A stretch of 55,189 nt of DNA, the filler included, from Sluysia triapertura (Eukaryota): NCBI GenBank assembly GCA_046118255.1. It is 4 parts of 4 records of this genome, joined end to end, with 100 filler letters (N's around TTAATTAATTAA, not from the genome) between each part and the next. Parts side by side here need not be neighbours in the genome. Positions count along the whole stretch, not along the records: positions 1 to 14,822 come from JBJNIA010248203.1; 3 more parts are not named here. One strand, written 5' to 3'. Every line of letters begins with the position of its first letter. Positions within the stretch are counted from its first letter, which is position 1. Positions 1-13,540 of this stretch are shown here, piece after piece. The translations under genes were made by a program, and so were the position numbers. The notes beneath the pieces were generated by a model. The model was not told the DNA's origin, made no database searches, and saw only the letters and a list, made by a program, of their open reading frames with translations.

Positions 1-39
1 TTATTATCATTATTATTATTATCATTATTATTATTATTA

Positions 40-77
<38 letters not shown>

Positions 78-78
78 T
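1..78. repeat. (ATT/ATC)n microsatellite
   Basis: Seen directly. Confidence 0.95.
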
Positions 79-395
79 TACATATTTTCAATGAAAAGAA
101 CACGACAGACTTGTCTTAGAAGTATTTTAAAATTTTCGTTATTTTAATCTTTTATGTATTCACAAAAATGAACTACTACTTTATTAGATTTCTTCAAAGT
201 TTACAAAATTTACTATCATTTATTTTATATTTTAAAAAAATATTTTAATATTTTAATTATTTAATTATTTAATTATTTCAATATTTTATAATTTTTCATT
301 TGTATTTATTAATAATTTTTTGTTAAAATGATAACCTCACTTTGTGTTTTACATATGTCCTCAGGATAGTATGTTCTTACAATCCGCAAACAAAA

Positions 396-550
396 TAATC
401 ATTATTATCATTATCATTATTATTATTATCATTATTATTATCATTATAATTATCATTATTATCACTATCATTAATATCATTATTTATATTATTATTATCA
501 TTATCATTATTATTATCATTATTATTACCATTATTGTTATTATTATTATT
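396..550. repeat. Imperfect (ATT/ATC)n microsatellite
   Basis: Seen directly; source of the poly-Ile ORF 344-577. Confidence 0.95.
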
Positions 551-2082
551 TTAAAACCACAAAACGAATATTTTTAATATTTAAATCTCATTACTGTTAT
601 AAATCTAACTTTATTATCATTATAAAAAACCTTTTATATCTATTAAAATTTCTTTCATATATCACAATTTTCAGATGTATTATTTTTCCCCAAAATTATA
701 CTTTGTTACAAAATAAAATTGCTATTCTAGATATAAATATAATGTATAATTAAATGAGAATGTAAAGAGTTAAAATGTTCAAATCGTTATTAAAATTAGT
801 TCGATTTTATCAATTATCTCATACATCCATTAGTAACTTTATGTAATGTTATATTATCGCGGCACTGAAGTAGTCATTAAGGATATTACATAGTTAGACG
901 TATTGGTTTAATTATTGATATTAATATTAACTTATTATTGATATTTATTGTTAAAAGCAAAATAATGGTGTGTGGTGATGTAGAGATTGATTTATATGTG
1001 TTAAATTTATTTTTAAAGAATTTAATTAAAATTGTTATTTTTCCAAGTTCAAATAAGTTTATAATTGTATCACCTACTGGTTCAGGCCCCGATAGAATGA
1101 TGAAACGATCAATTAAAAATTTTATTTTTCTGATTAGTCTTATTAAGTTTACAATTGTTTATAAACCATCACCTACTGGTTCAGCACCAGGTATAGTGAC
1201 GAAACGTGCTTTTGTGATCAGTTTTATTAAGTTTATAATGGTTCTTAAAGCATAACCTGCCGGCCCAGACCCAAGTAGAGTGATCAAACCATTAATTCGC
1301 ACGACATTATTCGCTGGACCGAATTTGGACTTGTTTCGTCACGACTAGATTTCGAACAGCCATGGTTACACCATCTAATATTCATCGCGTGCCATAATGT
1401 TACGTCAAGAAATTGTCCGAAACATGGCCTACTCTGTGATCCGCATGTACTTTGCAACATCGTGTTCTACTATGCTCTTAGACAATGTCGTTAGTGAAAT
1501 TACTGTCGTTATGGAAACATTGTTACACCATGATTCAAGAGTGACGCCTGAACTAATATGTATTACGCTTTCCTGTTACGATTTTAAAGTTATCATGTTA
1601 TTTTTGTGTTAAGATTTTCAATAATAATAAAATTTTCATGTGCACTAAGCACCAATTTCATACTTACATTTACGTGGATGACGATAATAACTTCTGTAAT
1701 GAACTTAATATTAGAGATAAATGTAATAATAAATAAACGTCACAGTACAGAAATTGTATTACTCAGTTATGCTTGTTTTAGATTACAGCTGTAAATTTTG
1801 ATTTTTTATTATCGATAAAATGTACGACAAAATGATTCAGTTGTTTATTATTTTTATTAATTACAAATGTGAATCCGACACTGATAACCTAGCAAGTAAA
1901 TTATTGAATTATGCTGAATACTGCGTCTCTGTTTTATCACATTTATCTATTTTAAATTTAAATTTATTTATTATTATTTTTTTCAAAAATGGTACTTAAA
2001 CAACTCGTATTAATTCAAATTCATGATAATTATGTTATTATTATTATTATCATTATCATTATTATTATTATTAAAAGCGTTT

Positions 2083-2375
2083 AATTACGGAAGTCCTGGA
2101 TATCTCTAAGAAAAGGATCAATATTTCATTGAGACATAATAATCTATACATAATCCACAGTGATAATAAGCTATGTAATAGGTTATATACCATTTATGTT
2201 TCAAAAATATACCAGAGAATGTCAAATTATTGGAAGATTATGAAATATTTAAGAAAAAGGCAACGTTCCTTCTGTTACAGAAATATTATGGTGAATAATT
2301 TATTTTATCCGCTTTTGAGTACTTACTTTGTAGTAGATATGAGTGTAATATAAATTAATACATTATTATTATTTA
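2083..2375 (+). mobile_element. Shorter copy of the same LINE 3' end
   Basis: Nucleotide similarity to 19840-19985 (TTACGGAAGTCCTG.ATATCT, AATATTTCATTGAG, AATCCACAGTGATAA.AAGCTA); ends in a short ATT tail. Confidence 0.7.
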
Positions 2376-2473
2376 TAAAATAAACTATAAAAAATTAAAT
2401 AAAAATATCAAATGATTAAATTAAATTTAAAAATGGCATAACAAAAAGTGAAAACATTTGTAAAATTATTTAA

Positions 2474-2654
2474 CACTATTTCCTTCACGATTTTTGTGTA
2501 TATTTAGATCTAGGATGAGATGACGGAAAATTATATCGCTAAATAAATTTAACAATTATTATACGAAAAGTCAAAATATGAATTGAGAAAAAATGATTAA
2601 ACTTAGAAAATAATTTTAAATTAAAATCATTTGACACTTCTGGTAGAAATAGTG
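2474..2654. mobile_element. TTAA-flanked MITE (piggyBac-like)
   Basis: TTAA|CACTATTTC...GAAATAGTG|TTAA, a short TIR with TTAA duplication. Confidence 0.5.
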
Positions 2655-2683
2655 TTAAAAACTTGAATATAATTTCTAGTATA

Positions 2684-3785
2684 CAACCTGTTTCAAAAGT
2701 ATAGAACATCCCCTATTTTTGATCTCTATACAAACACAAATTATATACAAACACAACACTATTTAATAAAGTAAACACGAATAAACACTATTATTTATTT
2801 ATAGTTTCCCACTTTAGTACAATTTTAATAACTACATTGCATTTAGTCAAATAAATGCATAAGTATAGAATACACATTAAATAAACTTTTTATTTAAGAG
2901 ACTATACAACGTATTGTACAAAATTAGTATTTTATTGATGTTTCTGAATATTTCAATAGCGCTACACACCTTTTTGATATCGAGTTAATCAATGTATTTA
3001 TACTTTCTAATACAATCTTTTCCCAAGAATCCAATATTGCATTTTTTAACTCAGATATATTGTTATACTGTTTTTTACTTTCCACCTTAATTAAGGATAA
3101 TTAAGACTATAAATTTATTGATCACTCTAACTCTTTTAATCCATCTTCTCTGAACTTATTAAGTGTAGTTTTAGATCGATAATACGGAGCGTTATCCTGC
3201 TGAAAGATGGCATTTATATTATACTACTTCTTTTATCAAATCGTAGTACTTATCACCATTAAGAGTTGATGGAACCAAACGTAAAGCTAGATTTTTATCA
3301 TAAATTATGGCACCGAACTTCCACCACAAATTGTCTTAGAAAATATTTCTTTTGAATTCTTTCGATGATGCCAGTAGTATCAGGACTATCCAAATTAGAT
3401 TTCTTCTCATCCGAGAATATTATCTTGGTCCAGTAAGTGTGGTTATTAATATGATTTTCGACAAAATTAATTCTTACTATTTTATAAGCATCAGTAATTG
3501 GAGGTTTAGCAATCATTTTAATGAATTCGATCTCACCACTATTTTTTAATATTCTCCATACTGTTGTTTTACTGCAGTTTAGCTCTAAATATGAAATTAT
3601 GCAAGATGCTGACAATGTTGTATTTTTCACATACCTTATTATACTAATTTTCTGCCGATTAGAAAGTGGCTTAGGACGGCCAATTTGTTTCCATTGCTTT
3701 TTATAATTATTATCCAAACAATTGGATATCGCTTATCTTGATCTGTTTAACTTTTTGGCAATACTTGCATTACTTTTCCCTTTTT
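2684..3785 (-). mobile_element. Tc1/mariner (Tc3-like) transposon remnant, 5'-truncated
   Basis: Transposase fragments: HTH (KSNASIAKKLNRSR), GRPKPLS, WTKIIFSDEKKSNLDSPD, IFQQDNAPY (about 3185-3210), ELKNAILDSWEKI (about 3015-3055). TA-flanked end CAACCTGTTTCAAAAGTATAGAACA at 2684. Confidence 0.9.
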
Positions 3786-4092
3786 TGAGTTAAAAAATGC
3801 AATATTGGATGCTTGGGAAAAGATTGAATTAGAAAGTGTAAATACATTGATTAATTCGATAAAAAGCTCAGGAACATCAATAAAATACTAATTTTGTATA
3901 GTCTATTAAATAAAAAGTTTCTATAATGTGTCCTACACTTTTGAATCGAAATTTATTTAGCCAAATGCGATATAGTAATTAAAAGTGTACTAAAATTCGA
4001 AACCATAAATAAGTAATAGTTTATTCGTGTAAATATTTATTAAGTAGTATTGTTAATTTGTTACATAAATTGTGTTTGTATATACAGCAAAA
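3786..4092 (+). mobile_element. Second, inverted 3' fragment of the same Tc3-like family
   Basis: Reverse-complement similarity to 2720-3053 (GAGTTAAAAAATGCAATATTGGA...ACATCAATAAAATACTAATTTTGTA...TGTGTTTGTATA). Confidence 0.85.
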
Positions 4093-4222
4093 ATTGTTTC
4101 AAAAAATTCTGGTGAAAATAAAATAATAGATAAAAATACTGAGACCCAAAACATACAGAAATGTTATTCATGTAGAATGATAATACAATTTAATACAAAT
4201 CAAATATGTACAAACTGTTGTA

Positions 4223-4425
4223 TCAGTACTTTGTTTGTCCTCCTTTGTTATCCAATAATTTCCTGATCCTTAAAGGCATGCCACGGATGAGCCTGAGCAC
4301 AAGTCTTTGATCTCGTCATCGTGATGCCATACTTTTATCAGGGTTTCAATAAGTTTATGGGTAAAAACTCTTCTTTTGACAATGTCCCACAGATCTATGG
4401 GATTCATGTCTGGAGAGTTTCCATG
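4223..4425 (-). mobile_element. Tc1-type transposase C-terminal fragment
   Basis: Translation GNSPDMNPIDLWDIVKRR...KLIETLIKVWHHD...GMPLRIRKLLDNKGGQTKY* matches the SPDLNPIE and GG.TKY motifs. Confidence 0.85.
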
Positions 4426-5861
4426 ACAAATATTAAGAAAACCAATGAAAACATTCTTCCTATATATTTTTATATGCTATAATTACAGTTTCATATTTCA
4501 TTTTTACATATAATTAAATTTTCTAATAATCAAATAATAAAATATAAAAAAGAAAATCAATTAGTTTAAAGGAAATAAATTTAAATTATTGATTTTAACA
4601 ACTATTATCAATTGTTTTCAAGAGCGGTTTTGTTGTATGTAGAGATAGTAACGTTGCAGAAATTTTAAAATAATGTGAAAATTTAAAATATGCTAATTAT
4701 ATTTTGGCTAAAATACATCTTCTTTATCTTATATTATCAGTAATATATAATGGAAACAAATAAAAGAAGGAAATGAAGAATCAAGTAATACAAATGATGA
4801 ATTAATTGAAAGAAATAATATAATATTAATTTTTATATTAAAATTAAAATATTAATTTCCAAATCACGTCATTTGACATTTATTATTACTATGTATTCTG
4901 CATAAATTGTTATATCTTACAAAAACAATGTTATTGTCTCAAAGAAATATTCAGGTATTTCATAAAGTAAGCATTTCTGGATTACTGTAATGATTTTAAA
5001 CTCAAATTTTGTATTTAATGGTAATTTATTTTGAATATAAATTAATATTAATTTTTAAAATCAATTGAATTATTATTTTCATCAACATTTCCAAATCTAA
5101 TTACATCACATGACTGGCATGATATTTGTTTCAAATGGATACTAAAACTGGCCAATAAATAAGTTTAAATATTAAAAATGAGTCCGCCTGCGATCCTAGT
5201 CTTATTCACTTAAGGGATAGTCCGTAGGATTTTAATAGAATTTTTACTTAAAAGAATGCAATAGAGGTGGAACAAATATAATACACAGGTAACTACACTT
5301 CTCGAATTATTTAGTATGAGTGGAGTAAAAAGGAAAAACAAGGGTTCTTGCTGAGGACTTCTTAATCAAGTTTGTGTTACAGATTTAATTGTTCGAGTTT
5401 ATTAGTTTATTTGATCCTCTTTAAAAGGGATCTATCAAAAAATTTGCTTCCGTTGTAAAATCGGCTATTATTAGTTGCTGATTTTATCAACTTAAAGCTA
5501 TGTAAGTTAGTAAAATTTATCTTCAATAGTGAGTTTTCTACCGTAAATACAAGCACTTATTAAAACTATATTTTTGTTTTATATCCCTTCTTAATATGGG
5601 TTCTGCATTAAGTGAATTTTTAGGTGTTCTGGTTTTATGATTATAACTTGATCAATAAAGGATTATCTATTTTTCTTTAGAAGATTTTAAAATCTGTAAA
5701 ACAAAATTAAAACTTTATTATACAAGAATGATATAATATTACAGATTATTGTATAAACTTTAGCTAATAATAATATTGGAAACAGATCATAAAAATTTTA
5801 CAAATATTTAAGTAAGATTTTTAAAAATTGTTAACTAATTCAAAATTAACTAACGAAATAA

Positions 5862-7222
5862 TCAATATAGATGTGGTGTGTATTTTTTTATTAGTGATAT
5901 GAGATTATCTTCAAAATTGAAAATTGACTTAATTTTAACTCCATAAAATTTAAAATTAATTGTTATTATAATTCGTTTCTTGAAAAATTTTTGTTCGAAA
6001 AAAATTATTATATTATTACACAGGAAAAATGTTAAACAACAATATGAAAATTTATTTTCAAAAACATTTAATTTTTGCACTTGGGTCCTATGTATGATCA
6101 TTTTTGTTGTTGTTATACCTAAAAATAAAAAATGACAATAACAGCAATTGTTAATGCATGATGAACATAAGAAGATATAACTTATATTGTGATTACCGTC
6201 TGAAATGCTGGAAGTTACTTGAATCTGATTCAAAAGCTCTGAAACTCGTTTGTCGTAAATTGATTTATGTTGTTTACAGAACCTAAGCACGTGAATAGTG
6301 TGAGCGTATCTGCGATACGAGCCATACAATAAACAGATACCATTAGCGTTAGTAGAAGATGGACATGTAACAGTCGAACTAATAAATTTTAGTTTATACG
6401 ACTTATAGTAATCTTGCTCGTAATCTTAATGTTGATAGTCATTGCTCATCATCAATATTATAATTTTTATGTTTGACATCAACAACGGAATAAGCATAGT
6501 TTTTATCATTATGAGAATTCATTATACTAAAATTATAATAATAAAGGTTGGAAGCACATATATTATTTTCAAATGCATTAAAAATTTTAATTTTAAAACA
6601 TTCAAGATTATAAAATTTGTCTTTACGGTAAGTAAGGAGAACATCATTTCCTTCTTGGTTATTAGTTTTACCATCAATATATTTCTTTCTCATAATTTGC
6701 CTAAATTCACGTCCAGAATTGATATCTTTATCACCGTTAGCTTTATTTTGGTAATTACGAAACATCATACATGGAACATTGTTATTTATATTGCTGTAAT
6801 TCAAATTAGATTTAACTTCATCATCGTAACGTTTATCATCATTAGTTTTATTTCGATTGTTACTAAAATCATAATTGGGACATTTATGTCTTCACTATTA
6901 TCGCTCATTGAGCTTCGCCAAAAATTTGAGAATTTCACTGTACTGCCAAAATTTTATTATAATAATGCTGCCACAAATAATAATGAAATTATTGTGTTAC
7001 CAAAAAAAGGCTAATTGATAAGAAATCATAAATGCAAACACATTTAGAAAAAGCAATCGCTGGTTGGTTATACATAAAAATTTTCATTATGAATATCAAT
7101 CTGATTGGTCGTCCAACCAAGGAGTCATATAAAAATAGTGATAAAAATAACTCTGGTTGAACGATCAATAATGAAGAAGTGAAGCTAAGGATTAATGTGT
7201 GGACCACTATCAATGATGACAT
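5862..7222 (-). pseudogene. Decayed Asn-rich coding region of unknown identity
   Basis: Three consecutive minus-strand ORFs (6989-7222, 6439-6804 extendable to about 6890, 5862-6329) separated by stops and frameshifts. Confidence 0.3.
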
Positions 7223-7330
7223 TGACTGTCATTGTAAATCAATGTAGTCACCACTGGGAATGGTAGTTACTAAACAATTTTAGTGACTAAAAATAAAAAT
7301 TAAAAAATGGTGATAATAATAATAACAGAA

Positions 7331-7366
<36 letters not shown>

Positions 7367-7485
7367 CATTATCATAAATAACATAATTTTCTTGAAACAC
7401 GAATTGTCTTTTACATCCTTAATTTCTCGACATATTAGAGTTAAGAATAAGAAAAAGAACTTCTAAGAAAGTTGAGAATTTATGA

Positions 7486-8085
7486 TGTAACCTCTTAAAG
7501 ACAAAAGATAATGCTTTAGCTGAAAGTAAGCTTGAATAATGAAGAGTTTTGATTTGCTTCTTTCGAAATAAGATTGATGTTTGAAGTGGATTATACCTGT
7601 ACTTTAGTGTTTTGAATGAAGATAATGTTTCAAGCTGAAGATGTATTAAGGTATAAATATTTACAATGACTTTTAGATGCTGATTAATGTTTTTGAGTGA
7701 AGGTAATGTTAGAATATTAGGGTTTAATTGTACAAGATCGTGAATTTAGAATGTTTGAATTTTTTTCAAAATGTCTGTTGATAAATTTCGAATGTGATTG
7801 TCATTGAGTGGTTTTGAGATAAAAGACAAAATAATTTAGATAAATTTTTTATGTAATTTGATGGTATTGAGTGTGATTTTGGTTTGGATGTTATGAGATT
7901 GTGTTTAGTTGATTTTAACAGGTGAAGATGTTTTTAATGGATGTAAAAGAGATAGTTATGGAAGTATTCAAATGCTTATAAGTATGGCTTTATGTATAAT
8001 GTATAATTTAGTGTTACTTTTTCTTTGTTGATTTTGGGTGTATTTTGTGGGAAATGTTTATTGGGGAAATAGGTTGGCCACCACA
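7486..8085 (-). repeat. More diverged member of the TGTGGTGGCCAAC family
   Basis: Terminal motif at 8073-8085, shared GGTATTGA.TGTGATTTT block and the same strand bias. Left boundary is tentative. Confidence 0.55.
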
Positions 8086-9072
8086 ATAGAATTAAATCGA
8101 AGATCAAAAAATGTAAGCATAATAGATTTTCTTTGAAATCCAAATTGTAATAAATTACTATCAAATCGAAGAGTCCAAAGCTCGTTTAATATTCAACTAA
8201 AATTTAACGTTCTAAATTGTTTCAAAATCAACCTGTTTATAAATAAATTTTTCTGACCTTATTCATAAGGTCACATAAGGATATTTTTCTAATTTTAAAT
8301 CTTTTATTATATAAGTTCAAAATTTATTAATATTATTATTAAGGTCAAAGTTTTATTTTTCTATCGCTAATTTAATTTATATATTTTTTCTATTTAATTT
8401 ATCCAACACTACTAAATACCCAAATTGTCCTATATGTAGTACGAAAGTAATAAGTTATAACCTTTTCTTAAAATGCTCTTTTTTAATTGATTTTCACACC
8501 ATCCAACAAACTCAAAAATACAAATCTAACACACCTATTCCTCTCATTCTGATCTTTCTCCTGCACAGATATTTAAGAACCCAATTATTAAGACCCTTTT
8601 ATTAAACAGAATTAAAATTACATTTTAATGTAAATTTTAGATATTATACTTATTATTAACTCGTTACGTTAAAATATCAACCTCTTAATTTAAATGTATT
8701 TCTTAAATGTATCTGAAAATCAGAGTTAAACTTGTCTCTTATGTAAAAGATGGTGTGATAAGATGAGGTTCATACTATAATTGATATTATACTTTATTGA
8801 AATGACAAATAAAATCACTTTACTTTTATCAAGAAATGTTACTAAAAAGTGAAAATTACATTTACATTTATGTTTGATTAGAGGCTTTAATACTAAATTT
8901 AACTTAAAATTATTAAATTCAAACAACAAATAAAAGCAACAACAAATAAGTTAACAAGAAAAACAACTATCTTTATGAATTGTTTTGTTAAATTCTGAAT
9001 ACGCCATGATTTACATACAAGATTTGTCTAAAAAGATACAAAAATATAAAATGTTTTAAATGAATATAAATC

Positions 9073-9756
9073 TCAAAAAAAATTCATGATTACCTTTGTC
9101 TCTTCTTGTATCATTCGATCAGATTGGATGCTAGTATGATTGTCATTGAAAACATTAGGAATTTTCTGCATGTCAGGTATGATTGCCAAACTTGATAAAC
9201 GAGAATTGATTCGATCATAGTGGTCATTGAAATTTGCTGGATAACTTAGACTATCTTTGAGTTCATAAAATTTGTGGGAATATAGACAATCCTTCCCAAA
9301 CTTTGTACATTTACCAGCTTGTGTAGTTTCATACAAACAAAGGGCCATCTTGTAGTAATTGTATCTGCAAGGTTTGCTACCACTATGGGAGAGCTTTAAT
9401 GATATTACTTTATTTGTCATGACAAATGAATCAACATCTACTAATTTGCAAGGCATAAGAAATGCATTAGTAGGTATTTGTATAACTTGATATTCAATTG
9501 TTATAAATAATCTAATAATACTTTGTTAATTTATATTTCAGAGAACAAACATGATTTAAACTTGATAATATGACTCTTTTGTCACTTTTACTAACCATAA
9601 TTGATTCTATAGACTGAGATGTATGAAATCGTTCTGTCAAACTTATTGTACTAACATTTTGTACTTGTACCAATCTAACATAGATTTTATGGATTTCATA
9701 ATTCAAAAAGTTAATAACTTTCGGTGGTATCATTATTAATTCATGAAACTTACTAC
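9073..9756 (-). CDS. Gene or gene fragment with one Unkempt-type CCCH zinc finger; may be a pseudogene
   Basis: ORF 9073-9456 contains RYNYYKMALCLYETTQAGKCTKFGKDCLYSH, resembling an Unkempt finger (YYKTGxCxHETDxxGxCxKNGxxCAFAH). Upstream ORF 9512-9733 has an acceptor at about 9756; a candidate 66-nt GT-AG intron lies at 9093-9028. No start codon established. Confidence 0.6.
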
Positions 9757-10269
9757 CTAAAACTAATTCTTTATTTGTAGTTAACTTTGACTTAACGAAT
9801 AATTATTCAGGTCTTCAAAATATCGCAATACATCAAATTTATCATTGAGTTTATTATCTTTCAATTGTTTGCTTTTAGCAGGATAAACATCAAAATCAAT
9901 TTTCAATTTTCATGAAAGTCGAGTACTAAATTACTATCAACATATTCGAATAACATATACAATGGAAAACTAAATGTTTTATTCATATCTATTGTTGTAA
10001 TGAAATGATCATAGTAATATCGTACAACACCAGATTCACTAATAATTACGATTCTAAAACTGGACATTACAAAGTTAACATCAATATGAGTATCAAAATT
10101 GTTTTATAATTACGTTTTACTTTATACAACGAATAGAAAAACTTATGCTTGAACTGCTATAAACATTGTTCATACATAAAATTGTTTATTATATAGATAC
10201 TTCATTTCTTTCTTTAAATGCTTTTTGAAATATAAGTTGTAATTCTTATTTCCTTTGAAAGAGACTTTA

Positions 10270-10867
10270 TTCGGTGATTACAAAGATATGAATTATGGAA
10301 AAAGCTGGTAAGAAAATGTTTAAAGGAAATAATGGATAACTAAAATGTTAAATGGGTTTTATTTTGATTGCAATGTCTAAAATGGTTTCAAAGTGTTAAT
10401 TTAATGTTTTTCGGTGATATTTGAGATTGAATATTAAAGGATTGTAAACTTGAAATATTTTGGTTTGATTTTAAGATGTATATTTGATAGTTTAAGATGT
10501 AAATTGTAATTCTGATGTTATGAAGTTGTGGATAAAATGTTCTGAATAAGTTTTAATGTACATTGATGATTTTGAATATGTGTGGTTTTGTTGTTGTAAA
10601 GCTGTAAATTTAAAATGTTTTGAGGTATGAAAAGTGATTTTAGTGGATCTGAAAGAAATAAAATATAAAAAGCTTTTAATAGTGAGATATGTTGAATTAA
10701 TTTTTAAGTATGTCTTTGATGATTTTTCGGTATTGAATGTGATTTTGATGCTATGACATTTTATGTTTGAAATGTTTTTAAGTATTAACAATTACGAAAT
10801 ATTCTGAAGAGTGATTTTGTTATATATTGTTGAAATAAAATTTTAAATTATTGGGTTGGCCACCACA
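10270..10867 (-). repeat. Dispersed repeat family starting TGTGGTGGCCAAC (solo-LTR-like)
   Basis: Aligns over several hundred bp with 22038-22570 in the opposite orientation; same terminal motif. Confidence 0.75.
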
Positions 10868-12109
10868 TATATGGAAGTGCATTATCAAAATTTAGTACTT
10901 ACTTCAATGATAAAATACAACGCTAAGTAGTGACAAAATTAAACCACTCAAAATAATTACATTTATATTTAAAACCAAAAATTTAAATTTTATTAATGCT
11001 AATTTCACCAATATTATACAAATTACAACATTACCTTACTTACTTAATAAAAAAGTATGTTTCAATAAAATCATCCTCGAATATGAAAAAACAAAAAAGA
11101 TCATTTGATAAGTGATATCTTATATTGTCATTTTGTTACCAATAAAATATAGTTGTGTTTCGATTGGATGTAAGCACAGTTTGATATCCATAATAGTGTG
11201 CCTTGTTTTTATAAGGTACTACAAGAAAGAACAGACCCAAAATTGAAGAGTTGGAACGTGTGTCAATCGAAGAAGTTGAAGAAACCTGGGTCAAGAAATT
11301 GTTCTAATGAACTTTACTATTTTGAACAATAAATAAAAATCATTATTTTAACACTGCACACGAACTTTACATCATTCTAATACTTTATTGTCTAAATATA
11401 TTTAGAATTTATAAATCGATACATTTCCATAGCAACGTTATTTCCCACCGAATATTGTTTATAATGTCTTATATTAATAAAAAAAATAAACTCAAAAACA
11501 TATTTCTATAAATAAACATAGAAAAACTCAACGGCTGTTCCTTCGAAAGTAACTTTTAGCACTAAAAACTTCAATAAATAAACAAATTTAAATACTAAGT
11601 AAACAAAACATTTCCTATTGTGTAAATATATTAGATATTTTGTAAACAATGTATTTTCTTTCTTCAAAAGATGTTATGCTTATAATTTTTTAATTATATT
11701 AATAACAATGATAATGGTAATAACAATAATGATTGTTACTATGGTGTAATTTTTTTAATAAAAGTAGTGTTGCTATGCTTGTACAAAAAAGAAGACAAAA
11801 AAAGTAATATTTTGTCAAGTTTTTTTATTTTATTCAGAAATTTTCCAAAACAAACTTTTCAAACTGTTAATATTACAATTAAAAAGATTCAAACTTATTT
11901 CTAAATTTTTTACTTCCCAACATAAATAAATTAATTAAATTATTGTTTGAAAATGAAGACATTTTTGATTAAATTGAATGGTATTGACATGGGTCGCGAA
12001 TTTTGTTTTTGAGTTATTCGAATTAGCTAGGTAATGAACCGTAACTTGAATAACATGTAAAAATAGGTCCAATACCTAATATTTTACACTTTATGATATA
12101 TATTTATTA

Positions 12110-12271
12110 TGTTGGGTACAGGCCTAAAGTGCCATTTAGAATAATGATAGTATAATTGACTATAATAAAACAAAATTGTTAGACGGAGCTGATAGTTCAG
12201 TGGTCAGAACATCAAACTGCGCAACTGTGAAGTGAGAAGTGTCGGGTTTGATTCCTGGTCAGTCTGTTTTT
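12110..12271 (+). repeat. Second, more degenerate copy of the tRNA-like unit with shared 5' flank
   Basis: Aligns to the reverse complement of 20571-20713 (GGCCTAAAGTGCCATTT...AATTGACTATAATAAAA.AAAATTGTTAGACGG...TAG.TCAGTGGT...GATTCC.GGTCAGTC). Confidence 0.8.
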
Positions 12272-13294
12272 ATTTAATTAATATTAACCTCAAAACTCAT
12301 TTTTATTTTTATTTTGTGATCAAGTGATCATGTTTTGACGGTCTTGTCGAAAAAATCATGCTTAAAGTAGTTGAGAAAATGATTCCAATGAAGGTAGTTT
12401 ACAATTTTCTTGAATTATGTTTCGGAAAAAGTAACAATATTTAAAGTGTTTTATCAATAAATAATTATTAAACATGGTAACACATTAATTGATTCTGATG
12501 ATAAAGAAAACATTAACCAATTAGAAATTTGAAAGTTTACAATAAATTATAGAAATTGATCGATTTTTTAAAGACGATGAAAGATAGAGTTATCATAGAA
12601 TGTTAAATTATTAAAAGATTATTAAATATTGAAGAAACAAATACATCGTCTTTTCTATTTCAGAATGATTTATTTTAAGCGCTTTCGATACACTAAATAT
12701 TAACGCAATATAATTTAATATATTATTATTATTACTATTACAACAAGCACATGATAATAGTTTGATTATATTTTATTATTAAATAAGTTTTAAATTTTAC
12801 TTTTTCATCACCAAATATTAAATGTATATTTTGAATTATACAAAAATTCAAAAACATATTTGATTATGAAAATAATTTTCCTCTTTTTTACACTCTTTGA
12901 ACTGTGTAATTAGTTTTATAAAATCAATTTCTTTTTAAAATACGCATTGCGAATTTGTGTTTATATTTGTTTATTTGTGTTTATTTTGTGTTTATTTGTC
13001 TTTATTTTATGTTTTGTAATAAAAGTGATCGCTTACAATATGTATTATTATTTGTGCTTATTTTAAAATGGACTGTAATTTGTATGACAAATTAGGAGCT
13101 AGTAAAGATAATGTAGATAAAATGAAGATTATGTAAATATTTATTCTATTGGGGTTTAAGTTCTTTCTGGGGTTTCTTTGCTTTCAAAAGTTCTGTGTTT
13201 CTTTATTTAACACTAAGTTTTAGTTTCTGAGGACGTTTCAAATTTGCATTAAAAATATAAATATTTAAAATTAGACTAAAACAGGAGAAATATG

Positions 13295-13540
13295 TGGCAG
13301 AAATGATAGATATTTGGTTAAACTTTCTACGATGGATCGTAAAGCTACCAGAAGCAGTCAGAAGGAAACTTGTAGTCAATGGTTTGCGAGCGAGACGACC
13401 CAGAAGAAAGCCTAAGTTTGGCTAAGCAACACTGAAGATGATTGGAGTCAAGTGTGTTTTTTTGACGAGTCATCCTTTCAAGTATTGGATGACAATACCA
13501 CCTTTGTAAGAAGGATACCTAATGAGGAGTTTCATAGTAT
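13295..13540 (+). mobile_element. Tc1-type transposase internal fragment
   Basis: RNDRYLVKLS..DRKAT / VRRKLVVNGLRARRPRRKP / DDWSQVCFFDESSFQV...FVRRIPNEEFH, with deletions. Confidence 0.8.

Noticed and set aside
344-577. Poly-Ile or poly-Leu 'membrane protein' ORFs (also 35027, 39722, 39971)
   Set aside because: Translations of (ATT)n microsatellites.
1053-1292. CRISPR-like repeat-spacer array
   Set aside because: Units are diverged along their whole length, the 'spacers' resemble each other, there are no cas genes, and the context is eukaryotic.
6442-7014. 190-aa hydrophobic plus-strand ORF
   Set aside because: Antisense shadow of the Asn/Asp-rich minus-strand frame; no recognisable motif.
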